57,777 nt of DNA, taken from contig NC_058133.1 of the NCBI RefSeq assembly GCF_016433145.1, positions 503,417,669-503,475,445 on the forward strand, written 5' to 3'. This stretch comes from Gracilinanus agilis (Eukaryota). The notes below the pieces were generated by a model. It was not told the DNA's origin. It did no database searches and saw only the letters and a list, made by a program, of their open reading frames with translations. Position numbers and translations under genes: made by a program. Positions 22,055 to 33,772 of the stretch are shown one piece after another. Position 1 is the stretch's first letter; every line of letters starts with the position of its first letter.

Positions 22055-24264
22055 TAAAGAGCCCCCCGAGGCGATGGTCCTGTGGAAAGTAGGGGAGAAT
22101 CTGAGCTATCAAAGCAGTCACAGCTAAATGGACGGGCACTTGGGATGTAGGGGATGGACGGGACAGAGGCTGAGAGGAAGTGGGGATGAGACAGAGGCAA
22201 GAGCCACGAATGGCAGAAGATTCTGCACTGGGGAACGATCCCTGGCTGCCCCCCGGCTTGGGTCGGAGCCTCGGCCTCTCTTTGCCGTGGAGTCCCTGGG
22301 CAGGTGAGTGGCATCTTCGCCATCTGTGCCTGCCATCTGGGATGGGAAGGACAGGGAGAGGGAGCCGGCCCTGGGGGGAGGGAAGGGAAGAGGCCGGGGG
22401 GGGGGGGGGGGGGGGAACGCCCCCCTAGAGCCGGCTTTCAAAAAGAAATTTCTCCTCAGATTCGTCCTTCTGACTCTCACCACCCCGGGGGCATCCTCAG
22501 CGCCTTCAGCTTCCTTGTTAGTGGCTGCTGTTTCCAGAGCTAGAGACGCTCCTTCCTCTGGCCCTTCCAGTGTGGAGCGGCCTCGGCTTGGATGAGGACC
22601 GCAGACATCACGGGGGGACGGTTCTGCTTGTGATGGGCTGGCCTGCAGGGAGGCCGGGGGAGCCCCGAGTCACCCGCCTCACCGTGACGAGACAGAAGCG
22701 GGATGGCTGGCGAGGGCCTGGGCAGTGGATGACCGCGGCGTCCTGGACATCTGACCGCAGCCCAAGGCTCTGCCCAGGCTGCTTCAGGACGGTGGGGGAG
22801 GTCTTCACTGGCTTGGGGCAGAGCCTCCACCTCAGACCGGGCTTGGTGCCCCGGCGATCCCCTCTGGGCAAGGCTGTTCTCTCTGTTTCCAGAGTCCTGC
22901 CGTCTGCCTGGGGTCCCAGAAGCGCGTACCGGACGCTGGCCCTGAGCCGGCCTTCCTGAGCCCTGGGTCGGGGCTCTCTCGGCTGCGGCCCCCACAGGCC
23001 AGCCTCCTCCCCTCCAAGCGGCCGTTTTCGGAGTCGGAATGGCCTCCGGCCTCTTCTTGCCAGGAACAGGAAGTCCAGGACGAGGAAGAACAACGCGCGT
23101 GGCTGGTCCCGGGAGCCGGGCCTTCAGGAGACTCTCCTCACTGGGGAGTTTAAATTAGAGACGAATATTTTGCCCGTCGTGCCCACCCACTCACACCCCT
23201 GAAATAGTTTCAGGGAAGCAGCAAGGATGTGTGTAGTTATCTAATGGGAGAATTTGCCAGAACTTGAGCAGCCCCCCTTCGGGCCGAGCCCTTCGGGCCA
23301 CATTTGGCCTTTTCCCGTGTCTAAATCTGGGTCTGTCTCTTGAGAAGCTCCAAAATAAAGATGCAGCAGCCACTTGGGCTGACCCGGCCTGAGGGAGGGC
23401 GGAGGGACGGCGCGGCGAGCTCATGGCTGTCCGGGGAGCCGGCGTGCCGGCCGCGGGAGGGTGCGCGGCTTCTCCGGCACAAACCAGCCCAAGGGACGCC
23501 CTTCGGTGGCTCTCTCGGCCCACGAATGTCCGCGAGTCCTGCCAGACACCCCGTCTCCCCCCCGCGGTCCCAGAGGCCGCTGACCATCGGGGCGGCCCGC
23601 ATGACCGGGCCTGGCACGGGCTCAGCCGGTCCTCTGCAGAGGGAGCTTGAGGGGGGCCGGGAGGGAGGCCACACGAGTGAAGGGCGTGTTCGAGGGCTGG
23701 GACAGGCCGGGGGCGTCTACATCAGAGCCGCCCGAGGACACGGGGAGCGTAAGCGGCCCTGCTGGCCCGGCAGGCCTTCCTGAGCCTGGCCAAGCTCTGG
23801 CCCCCCGGCAGGCTGCAGACGGGCTTCCACAGCCGGGCCAGGGTCCTGGGCCCCACAGCGACGGATCAAGGAAGGGCATTCAAGGTGTGCTGAGACCCCT
23901 TTAAAAGCACACCCCAAAGCGCCGTCGTCCTTGGGACAGAAGGGAGGAGCCACCGATTCCTCCCTGCTCCAAGAGGTGGGGACCAGGGCTGTGAAGTGCG
24001 TCATACGCCAGGACTATCAGGTGATGCACTTGGCTGCTTTGCTGAACTGCTTTTCTCCCAGGTTTTTTTTTTTTTTTTTTTACCTTTTGTTCCAAGAAAT
24101 GACTCACCAGAGAGGAGGGAGGGACACGTTTGGAAGAGAGGATGACACAGAACAAAAGATATCAATAAAAATTAAAAATGGCCTTTGGTGAGGGAGGGAG
24201 AGAAACGTGTTTTTGTTACCCTACATTTGGCATCGGAGGAGGCGATGGGTCCAGGAGGAAGAGG

Positions 24265-24420
24265 AGTGACCTCAGAGCCCCAGAACCTGGGTTCAGAACC
24301 TGGGTTTGCCACTGGAACTCTGAGGAAACAACACTTGATAACTCTGTGCCTCAGTTTCCTCTTCTATGAAACAAGGGGATTGTCTGGACGCCTTGAAGGT
24401 TCCCTTTGACTCTAGACCTT
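24265..24420 (+). mobile_element. MIR3-like SINE
   Basis: gaacctgggttca..ctctgtgcctcagtttcctcttctatgaaacaaggggattg..ccttgaaggttccc. Confidence 0.7.
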
Positions 24421-24897
24421 CAGAGGGGGGTGTCAGTGGTCTCTGCTCCCTAGGAAATCTTGGGGAAGGCTCTTTCCAGGCTCTGGGACTCAGTTTCCTT
24501 CCCAGTTAAATAGGGAGTTGGGTCAGTCTCCAGAGTTTTTTAGAACTAACCACCTCCTGATCTCTGACTCGATGAAGAGAAGGAAGGAAATAGAAGGCCA
24601 GAATTTGGGGGCCTCGAAGGACTTTGGAGATAAGCTCCTTTGAGCTTCCAAAAAGGCACAGCAAAAAACTGATTTTCAGGACTGGAAAGGGGCGACCGAA
24701 GAACTATGGAAACCATTTCTAATCTGCCTCAAGCTCAGCGCACAGGCCAGAATGGAGGGGGACAGCTCCCCAAGTTCTCTAGGCTGAGGCTGTTGGCAGC
24801 AACAGACTGGTTCTCTCTGACCACACAACAGTGATTCTAAGGGAGGAACAGGCAAAACTTAACTAAAATATGGATTATTCTTTTTGATTGAAAAGTA

Positions 24898-25011
24898 GGG
24901 GCAGCTGGGTGGCTCAGTGGTAAGTGTATCAGGTCTAGAAACGGGAGGTCCTGGGTTCAAATCTGTCCTCAAAACGCTTCCTAGCTGGGTGACCCTGGGC
25001 AAGTCACTTAA
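24898..25011 (+). mobile_element. SINE1_Mdo-type SINE, 3'-truncated
   Basis: gggcagctgggtggctcagtgg..acgggaggtcctgggttcaaatc..gtgaccctgggcaagtcacttaa. Confidence 0.85.
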
Positions 25012-25049
25012 GGGAAGGAAAGAGGGCACAAGGATGGCACGTGGTCACT

Positions 25050-25225
25050 CGGGGGGACGGAGTGGAGCACCCCAACTCCATCTTGGTCTGGAGCCAGCTC
25101 AGCTCCCTTTCCAGGCAATTCTGGGTCTCGTCCAATTTTTGTCTTGGGAGAAAACTTTACTCAATTGTGGGAATGAGAAGAGATCTTCCTGGATTACTGA
25201 ACCGGCCTTGCATGGCTGGGAGGCT
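25050..25225. repeat. Unclassified dispersed repeat, copy 1
   Basis: 25088-25174 aligns without gaps to 53939-54025 with 14 mismatches in 87 nt; weaker similarity continues on both sides. Confidence 0.8.
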
Positions 25226-26929
25226 GGATCGTGTCTCCCGACTGCTTAGCGGCCTTAACTAGGAGGATTCCTGCCCAGAAACCCAGCCAGCCTGCAGACG
25301 GGGACAAGGAGTTTCTCACAACTATCCATCTCGAGCGACCCAAGTGTCTTCTCTGAAAAGTGGCCCCAAACCTACCAATCCCGGACTGTTTCTATGCTCC
25401 TCTGAGGAGGCCGGGGGCCTCCCGTTACACATCCGAGTGCCCAAGTTTGTGGGCTGCTCAGTGGCTCTCTTTTCATTAAGCCGCGTTTCCTCCAGGCCTG
25501 ACACGCCGTCCCTCCTTCTGATCCCTTCATTTCCTTTGGGTTTGAGTATGTATGAGAAAGCCCTGATGGGAAAAGCCTTCCTCTGCGGCTGTCATCTGGG
25601 GAGCCGGAGGCAGCCCTAGGAGGCTAGCCGGCCTACCCGGGGAGATACGGCCAATGGCCGTCAGAGACAAGCCTCAGATCCCCATCGCTGGCTCCGAGTC
25701 CAGCTCTCCGGCCACCACAGGCCGCCTCGTCCACTACGATCTTTAATCCTGGCCCTTAGGATTCCCGGGGCTGATTTTAGGGGACTTTCGTCCAGAAAAA
25801 CAGAGAGAGTGGGGGCGAGTAGGCAGAGCCGGAGGCGTTGGGCCATCTTCTCTCCTTTGTCTTGAGTCCACCCCTGGAGCTATGAATCCGTGAGGGTGCC
25901 GCTTCCTCTCTCCCCATCGGCCCAGGCCTGGCCCCCCGGCGGGCCCCCCGGCGGGCCCCCAGTGCTTTCCGATGAGGACCCTCCGCATTCCTCAGTGATC
26001 ACAGGAGAAGCCAAGTTCCCAACACGGAGGGTCAATGTTGCTTCTTTTCCATGCCGCCATCCAACGAAGACAAACACTGAACTCGCCGGGGACGTCACGC
26101 AGGGCATCCTCGTGCCGGCGGCGCGCTGCGGAGAAAGCAGCCCACCAGCCGTCTGTCTGCACTGGCTGTGCGGCCGGAGCTCTGCTTAAAGAGCCCGATA
26201 CGACTTGAGGAGCCGTCGCACGGAATAGCAGAAGCCAGCTGAGAACCCCAAGAGTTAAGTCCAGATGAGGTCGGAGCCCGGACCCAAACGTCCAAGTTCT
26301 AATTTTAGCTGAGCTCGGCCGTGTCGAAGGAACAGACATACTTTGTGGACAAAAACAAAAACAGCCAAGCAGAGCCGGCATTTCTCCAAGTCAGTGCACC
26401 GACGCGATTCCTGGCCTGCCATTGGCGTTGGAGGAGGTATCGGCCACGAGAGAGCGCCGTGGAATGTGGGGGCTCCTCCGAAGACCCCGGGAGCCCCTGG
26501 AACCGGGCTCAGCCCCTCTGCGTCCGGGTTTTCTGGTCTTTGCTTTTAATGGTCTCCTGTGCCCAGCTCCGAGGTCACCCCCAAAGTGGGCGCTCCGTAC
26601 TGTCTTCTAGCCTGGGACGGCCCCCCCCGAGGCCTGCCAGCCCTTCTCTGCGGCTGAGCGGGGTGGACGAGGGACGCACGCCAGCACCCGAGATTAAGGA
26701 TCACCACACGGGGGGGCCCCCCCCGGCAGCCATTTATAGGACCCCAACAGGACCCTCTGGTGGAGAGAGCATCAACCATGCAGCAATGAACAATGAACCC
26801 TCATTAAGAACTGGATAACGGAGGAGCCAACGTTCCTCCGGTCTAGGAATGGGCGGCCTAAACAGACCCCCCTCCCCCATCGAAAGAGATCAGAGGATGC
26901 TGCATAACAGAGGCAGGGCCAGCCTGGGC

Positions 26930-27050
26930 CAGCTCGTCCAAGCCCGCCATTTAACAGACGAGGAAACTGAGGCACTAGCGACAACGTCCCGGAGCCAACT
27001 GAATGGGAACAGCTGAGCTCGAACCCAGGTCCTCCGACTTCCAACCAGGC
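26930..27050 (-). mobile_element. MIR
   Basis: catttaacagacgaggaaactgaggcac..gagctcgaacccaggtcctccgacttccaa. Confidence 0.7.
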
Positions 27051-27899
27051 AGCCATTCCCCAAAGCGTGGTCTGCAGCCCCCTGGGCATGGCCAAGACCT
27101 TTTCACGGAATTCTTGAGAACACAACTCTTTTTATAATGAAACAAACCATTTTTGGCCTATTAAAATGTTCGTCCCTCTGGCGACTCCCCCGTAGGAGGC
27201 CGGATCCTGCCTACTTGAACCCCAACAACGTCTTGCTGCAGAGGGAGCGCCGCCGGCGGCTCCTAGCGAGGAGGCATCGGAGACCCCGAAAGCGAAGGCG
27301 CGGCCGCCCTCCTCTCGCTCTTTTTCCTCAGAGCATATTTGGATACCCGGCGATGGGCCGGTGAGGGTTAAGTGAGCAGAGGGGCCAGTTCTAGTCAGAG
27401 CTCTTGGGGGGCATCCCTCGAGTACAAAAGGGGTCCCCAATCGCTATCTCTTTTCTAAACCTCTGCCTTCTGCCTCAGAAGGGACGCAAGTCCTGAACCC
27501 AAGGCAGAAGGGTGGTACAGGTAGGCAATTGGGGTTCAGTGACTCGCCCAGGGTCACGGAGCCAGGAAGTGCCTGAGGCTAGACTGGAACCCAGGCCCTC
27601 CCATCTCTCGGCCTGGCCCTCTAGCCACTGAGCTCCCTGGCCTTCCTGGGTCTGGACGATCTTTAGGAATGGAAGGAAGCTTAACCCAAATCTGACAATC
27701 ACTGCGCTCACCCCCTTTTCTCTTTCCTTGTTTTTCTCCCCTTCCACGGCCCCCTTTTAGATGGCAGAAGCGGGGTGAAAAGGGAAAAACAGGAAAGAAG
27801 AGGAATTAGGTCTGTTTCAAAGGCCAAGAATTGGCAGGAATTTCCCCCGTAGAAGCGGAGCTCCCTGAAGGCAGGGATGCTCTCCTGGCGGCCCGGCCA

Positions 27900-29380
27900 T
27901 CTCTGACCAGTGGACAGCCAGGCCTGGATGGGGTCAGTGCTGGGCGTGGCTCGACCCACAGAGGGCGCAGAAGGGCTGTGGAGGGGTACGTGTACGGGGG
28001 AGAGAAGGGGGGCCCCCGACGTCCTCTACCCACGCTCCCTGCTTGCCTCACACGCTTATGCCCCCGCGGGGTCCGGCCCGGGCACCGCTGGGCACCGGCA
28101 ATGCCCATGACAGGAGGCGGCCCCTCCCGAGTCCCCGGCGCTCCCGTGGGCCGAGGGAAGGGGCTTCGGCCTGGTTTGTGAGCCGCAGGGCTTCGGCGGC
28201 GGCCCGCCCTGGACTCTCCGGGGTCAGCTCGGGAGCTTTGGGGCCCAGTTGCTGACTTTCCCCGGACGGACGGGGCCGATGGGCCTTTCCCTGGGGCCGC
28301 TCTGGGCGCCACGGCGGCCGGGCCTGCTTCAGCCCAGGATCCAGGCTGGCCACAGGACCGCCGGGGCCCGTCAAGGGGGCAGGAGAACACCGACGCGGGC
28401 CAAGGCCCAACTTTGCCGCTCACTACCTGAGGGAAACGAGTCCCCTACACCTCCCCGGGCCTCAGTTTACTCATCTGTAAAACGAAGAGGCTGGCCCTGA
28501 TGGCCTAGAAGGTCCTTCTGGGTCTCAATCGGTGACCCCGGACTGGACAGTGACTTGAGAAGGCCTCGGGACATCACCATGTCCAGGGGTGGCTCTGGGC
28601 ATCCGGAGATGGGCGCAGGGCTGCCGCCCGCGCCTCACCCCTCGGAGGGCCTCCTCCGCCTCCGGCGCCGTCTTCCCCAAGTGGCCGCAGGATCCAAGAT
28701 GGCAGATATACGGAGAGGGACCGTCATCCGGCTTCCTGCTCTAGAGACAGACGCGCACCGCGTGGGCACAGCTGCGGAGATGGATGTACATACGTGTCTC
28801 GCGCACTCACTCACACGCGTGTGGCACACGGGGAAGCTGACCAGGCCGGCGAGGGTCCCTGGGCCCCGTGGGAGTCACCAGCCCGACGGAGCCTCGGGGC
28901 CGGGCCGGATGGTGTCCAGAGAAGGCTGACCTGCGGGGGAGGGGTCTGGAGGAGAGTGGACAGTCTGGTGTCCCGGAGGGGCAGCAGGGCCGGGAGGCCG
29001 GCGTGACACAGAGGTCTGGCTGGAGCCGCTCCTGGAAAGGGGCTGGGCTGGGCAGGGGCGGCCGGGAGGGCCGGAGGAGCTGGGCATGGGAGTTCGGGGG
29101 AGCGGAATGGGGGCCGGGCCGGCCGGCTGCAGCCCTGGACGCCCCGATTTCTCCGAGCAGCTGGAAAGAGGCCGTCCTGGGCTGGGCCGAGAGGCCTCCA
29201 CAGAACGCGCCCTTGCGAGGCCCGGCCCGGCCCCTCGTCGTGCTCCCGCCTGCCCAGGCGCCGGCTCGGACAGCCCCGGAGGGACGTCAGAAATCATCAC
29301 GTCCCGGAAATCGGAGATTCTCCCTGGACTGTTCCTCGGGCACGACGGCTTGACGGGCCTCCATGGAGCCGCGGCAGAGC
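27900..29380. promoter_or_regulatory. Intragenic CpG-island-like block
   Basis: Very dense CpG/GC by inspection. Not computed, and much of the window is CpG-rich. Confidence 0.4.
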
Positions 29381-30019
29381 GCTGGGCTCGGCCTCTCCAT
29401 GTTGGCTGTTGACTTCCAGAAAGGAGCAATTTGTAATCGCTTTGGCTCACGCTTGTTTTCAAAGCTCTGCTCCATCGCCAGCATTTATTTCTGACCACAA
29501 AATTACATTTATTCAACAGAAAGCGGCTCCGGGTCTCTAAGAGGTTAACTTCTGGAGGGCTTGGCCGCGGTCCAGGCCGGCGAGGAGCCGCGGCGCCCCC
29601 CGCCCGCCCCCCGCCGCCGTGATTAATAGACTGCTGAATGCGCCGCTCATTGCCGGCTTCCCTAGATCACGGGCTGATCCCGAGTATCTGACTGAAATTG
29701 AATTTGGCTTCTCCCTCAACCGTTCACTTCCTCTGTTATGCAAGGTTAGAGCCTTTTCTGCATGAGCAGAACCAAACCAGCTGCAACTTGGGAGAACAAA
29801 ATGTGTTTTCAATTACGGAGCTGGCCTGCACGCTGAACCACACATCCACGGCTCCCCTAATTGAGCCATCAGGCCGCCCCGCCGCAGGAAGAGACCGGAT
29901 TCACGAGGACGCACACGCGCACACGCACGCACGCAGCGACCCCCGACCTCTCCGGGACTCCACGGGAGAACGAGCCCCCGACGGGCTGCAGATGGAGAGC
30001 TGGAATCCACGGGGAACCA

Positions 30020-30260
30020 GCGAGCATTTGCTGAGCACCTGCTCTGGGTAGGGCGGCGTGCATTTATGGAGCGCCTACTCTGCGTGCAGTGCTGTGCAAT
30101 TATTAAGCACCTAGGATGTGGAGGGCACCATGCATGTACGGAGCACCCTTAGGTTGTGGCGCTGCGCTACTACGTGCGGGCCCCACGCATGGGCGAGGCA
30201 CAGTGCTAGGCACTGGAGACAAAGGGCCGGATGGTCAGCGTCCTTCCCGGCACCCCAGCA
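30020..30260 (-). mobile_element. L2 3' end with about 4 tandem degenerate copies of the terminal motif
   Basis: catttgctgagcacctgct / catttatggagcgcctact / aattattaagcacctagg / catgtacggagcaccctt, followed by gcacagtgctaggcactggagacaaag. Confidence 0.6.
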
Positions 30261-30379
30261 GTGGCAGAGGAGGCTGGAGAGGAACACCTGATCAGGAGGT
30301 GCCTCCTGGGCGCCCGGCCCTGGGCTAAGCCTGGGCAATGATGGCCTCTCGGGACCCTCAGAGCCGTGCTGCGGGGCGG

Positions 30380-30700
30380 GTGCTATCATGATCCTCGTTT
30401 TACAGATGAGAGAACTGAGGGAAACAGGCTGCGGGCTTTGGGCGCCCAGCCAGCAAGGCTCTGAGGCTGCATTTGAACTCGGCTCTTCTGGCCCGCAGAG
30501 GTTCCCGCTCTCAATCTTGGCCCCTCTGTCAGGGCAGGCCCTGTGTGGAAGGCTGGGCGAGGCTTGGGAGACCCTAGAAGTCAGCCCAAACCCATTACCT
30601 TACAGATGAGGAGACTGAGGCTGGGGCCCCAAAGAGTGCCGTCTGAGTTTGACCCACTTCCTAAGGGGAGGGGGAGGGACCCCTGCAGAGCTCCATGAGG
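30380..30700 (-). mobile_element. Two adjacent MIR/MIR3 fragments
   Basis: cctcgttttacagatgagagaactgagg..atttgaactc; ccttacagatgaggagactgaggc..tgagtttgacc. Confidence 0.65.
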
Positions 30701-31738
30701 ACGGGTGAGGCTTGCTCCCTTCTGATTCCGGGGAGGGGGGGGGTCACACAGTTTGGGTGGGAAGATGGGGTGAAGCGCAGACAACAGGCGAGGAAGGGCT
30801 GGGGTCGAAGGTCAGGAAACACCAGGAGCCCCAGCCTCAGGGTCAGCGTCCAGCTCGTCCACCTGCGAGTGACGGGCGTCTCAGCGGGGATCTCCAAGCG
30901 CCGCACGGCATTGTCAATGGCGGCTCCGGCCCTCGTGGCGTCGGAGGGTTTTCAAACCTGGAAGGATGGCCCCAAGCATAGAACTGCGGACAGATAAAAG
31001 ACCATCCAGCAGAGGAGCGACGCTTCCCCTGCGTCTGTCTGCGGCCTCCGATGGAATCACTTCCTGGGCAATGGCGAGAGGGGATCCCCCGGAGTGAGCT
31101 CGTCCTTCCCCCTTCAGGGGAGTTTGAACAATGTCTGCCGCGGAGGGAAGGAGGCCCTGAGATCGCCGGCATCGTCCTTCCGGGGAGCTGACAGCCACGG
31201 AATATTTGCTAACCCAAATAATCTCTCTCTGCAATTTTATTTGACTTCGACAGTCAGCCGCCCAGTGCCAGCCGGGTTCTTCTCTTAGACAAATTCTTAG
31301 GTTTGCCTCTCGGGGACAAGAAGGATTCCCCTGACACATCCGGGATGCCGGGGGTGTGCCCGGGCCCAGGACAAGGTTCTAGTTGGCTGTGATGTTCTGC
31401 AGGGGACAGAACGGACTTGTTTAACTCAAAAGGAAATTCCCCAAAAGTGCGGCTCCCCGAAGCTTCGGCTAATTGTTTCCTCTCCGTGAAACATTTGGAA
31501 AGCTGGGCTGGTCTCGGGGACGATGGCCTCAGCTGCCCCACGGGCCACCGGAGAGTCTGCAGCTGTACATAGAGAGAAGCAGCACATTCAGGGCCCAGGA
31601 GTCGGAGAACCTGGGTTCAAATCCACCTTGGATACTTCCTGCTTGGCTTTTGGTCAGTCGCTTATCCACTCGGGCCTCAGTTTCCTCATGTGTAAAATAA
31701 GGGGATTGGACAGGATCTGTGAACCGATGTTCTCTTTT

Positions 31739-31935
31739 TTATTTTTATTTTTTTAATTCTAAACCCTTAACTTCTGTGTATTGACTTATAGGTGGAAGAT
31801 TGGTAAGGGTGGGCAATGGGGGTCAAGTGACTTGCCCAGGGTCACACAGCTGGGAAGTGTCTGAGGCTGGATTTGAACCTAGGACCTCCTGTTTCTAGGC
31901 CTGACTCTCACTCCACTGAGCTACCCAGCTGCCCC
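31739..31935 (-). mobile_element. SINE1_Mdo-type SINE with TSD, inserted at the end of a MIR3 (31570-31720)
   Basis: Reverse-complement consensus; TSD ccgatgttctctttt at 31724 and 31936. Confidence 0.95.
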
Positions 31936-31954
31936 CCGATGTTCTCTTTTTTAA

Positions 31955-32225
31955 TTAAAATTTAAAAAAATTTTCAGTTCCAAATTCTCTTCCTTCTTCT
32001 ATCCCCTCCCTGACAGTGAGAAGGCAAAAACTACGAGAGCCGTGATACACAGGAAGGCGCGCAAAATATCTCCGTGTTAGCCATGTTGCAGGGAGAAAAA
32101 AGCAAGAAAAGCAAAGAAAAAAATGTTTAAGTACTTCAACCTGCACTCAAGAGTTCATTTGTTGTCTTTGTAGAGGTGGCTGGCGGAGTCCTTTGGAATA
32201 ACTTGGATCTTGGTATTGGCAGGAC
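31955..32225 (-). mobile_element. Old marsupial L1 3'UTR fragment
   Basis: ttagccatgttgcagggagaaaaaagcaagaaa..cttcaacctgcactcaagagttca..gagtcctttggaat..ttggatc. Confidence 0.7.
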
Positions 32226-32570
32226 CCACATTCTAAACATAAGCTTAGACCATGTAATAGAAATACATTCTGCACATCACCTAAAGATTTTATACGCAGA
32301 TAAAGAGAACTAGCTCGATTCTAAGTATTATTTGAGAATGGCCACATGTACACATAAACATACATGTGAGAGATGACCGAGACAGACTAACAGATCAACA
32401 GATATGGACCACAACATGAAATCCATGGGAAGACTTGCCTTTCGCTGATGTGTAGACTAGCAATTGCTCTGCATCTTGGAGCCCCGGAGCACCAGCCCGA
32501 GGCATCGGGAGGTCATCAGACAATCCCCATCAGAGGCAGGACTTAAACTCAGAGCTGGCTGAGTCCAAGG

Positions 32571-32885
32571 NNNNNNNNNNNNNNNNNNNNNNNNNNNNNN
32601 NNNNNNNNNNNNNNNNNNNNNNNNNNNNNNNNNNNNNNNNNNNNNNNNNNNNNNNNNNNNNNNNNNNNNNNNNNNNNNNNNNNNNNNNNNNNNNNNNNNN
32701 NNNNNNNNNNNNNNNNNNNNNNNNNNNNNNNNNNNNNNNNNNNNNNNNNNNNNNNNNNNNNNNNNNNNNNNNNNNNNNNNNNNNNNNNNNNNNNNNNNNN
32801 NNNNNNNNNNNNNNNNNNNNNNNNNNNNNNNNNNNNNNNNNNNNNNNNNNNNNNNNNNNNNNNNNNNNNNNNNNNNNNNNNNNNN
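32571..32885. other. Assembly gap (315 N)
   Basis: N-run. Confidence 1.
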
Positions 32886-33589
32886 TCCCTCTCTCTGTCA
32901 CTCTGTCTCTCTCTTAGGCCTGGCACTCCCAACTTCTAGCCCTGCTGTTACTGATCCTGAAACTGGACAGAGCGTCGGCGTTATCAATTCCACTTTATTC
33001 CAGAAGCAGAGATACTCTCTACAGAATTGTCAATCCATGAACAGCCTCCATGATGGGGAGCTCACTAGTGACTGAGGCTGGAGTGCTCTGCTGGTTATTA
33101 GTGGTTCCCTCTTTACTGAGCCTAGGATGACCTCTGAAAACAGTCTCAAAAATATTTTTATAAGTTTCTGAAAACGGCATGTCTGACCTCAACAAGATTA
33201 GAAATGCTTCTAGCAAGGCCATCTATGCTTTAAAGATTGCTTTGGGGGAGTGTGTGCTGATGGCTCCTGTAGTTTGGCCGACAATGTTTTCTGAAACATG
33301 TAGCCCACCCTAATAGCACCAAAGGTTTTGCCGAAGGTTTGCAAGACCTCATGAAAAGTCCCCTGGGAATCCCTGACCAGGGAAAAATCTTCTGGGAGGG
33401 AAGGGGAAAAGACTTTGTTTAAAAACAAACAAACATGAATGTTGGCTATGAAATGCCATTATTGATGTTCATTTTGCCAGGATAGTTCAAATATAGGACG
33501 ACAAGTTCTCGGGGAAAATATTCATGAAAAGCAGGTTATTTTGCAAAATATTATCTTTTCATTAGAAGAATTTTCTTTCGTTCTTTTTG

Positions 33590-33772
33590 TTGTTGTGAAA
33601 CCCTCTGGCAGTCGAAGGACACTATGGATCCCTTTTCAAAATAATGTTTCTAAAAGAAATGCTAAATTGTGGGGGTCAGTTAGGGGGAAAAAAAACTAAT
33701 TTTTAACCCCTTCCAAGTTCTAGTGACACTCCCCCTAAAAAAAAAAAAATTCATTCCAGCTAAGAACCTCGG
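33590..33772 (+). mobile_element. hAT-Charlie (Charlie4z-like) fragment
   Basis: ccctctggcagtc..ctatggatccc..tcaaaataatgtttctaaa..aatgctaaatt..ccaagttc..cagctaagaacctcgg. Confidence 0.7.

Noticed and set aside
22683-23140. 458-nt sense exon candidate (ctaat..ccccag acceptor, acg|gtgagg donor)
   Set aside because: Phase 0 gives an immediate TGA, the acceptor tract is weak and the exon is atypically long. It would at best be a poison exon, with no supporting evidence.
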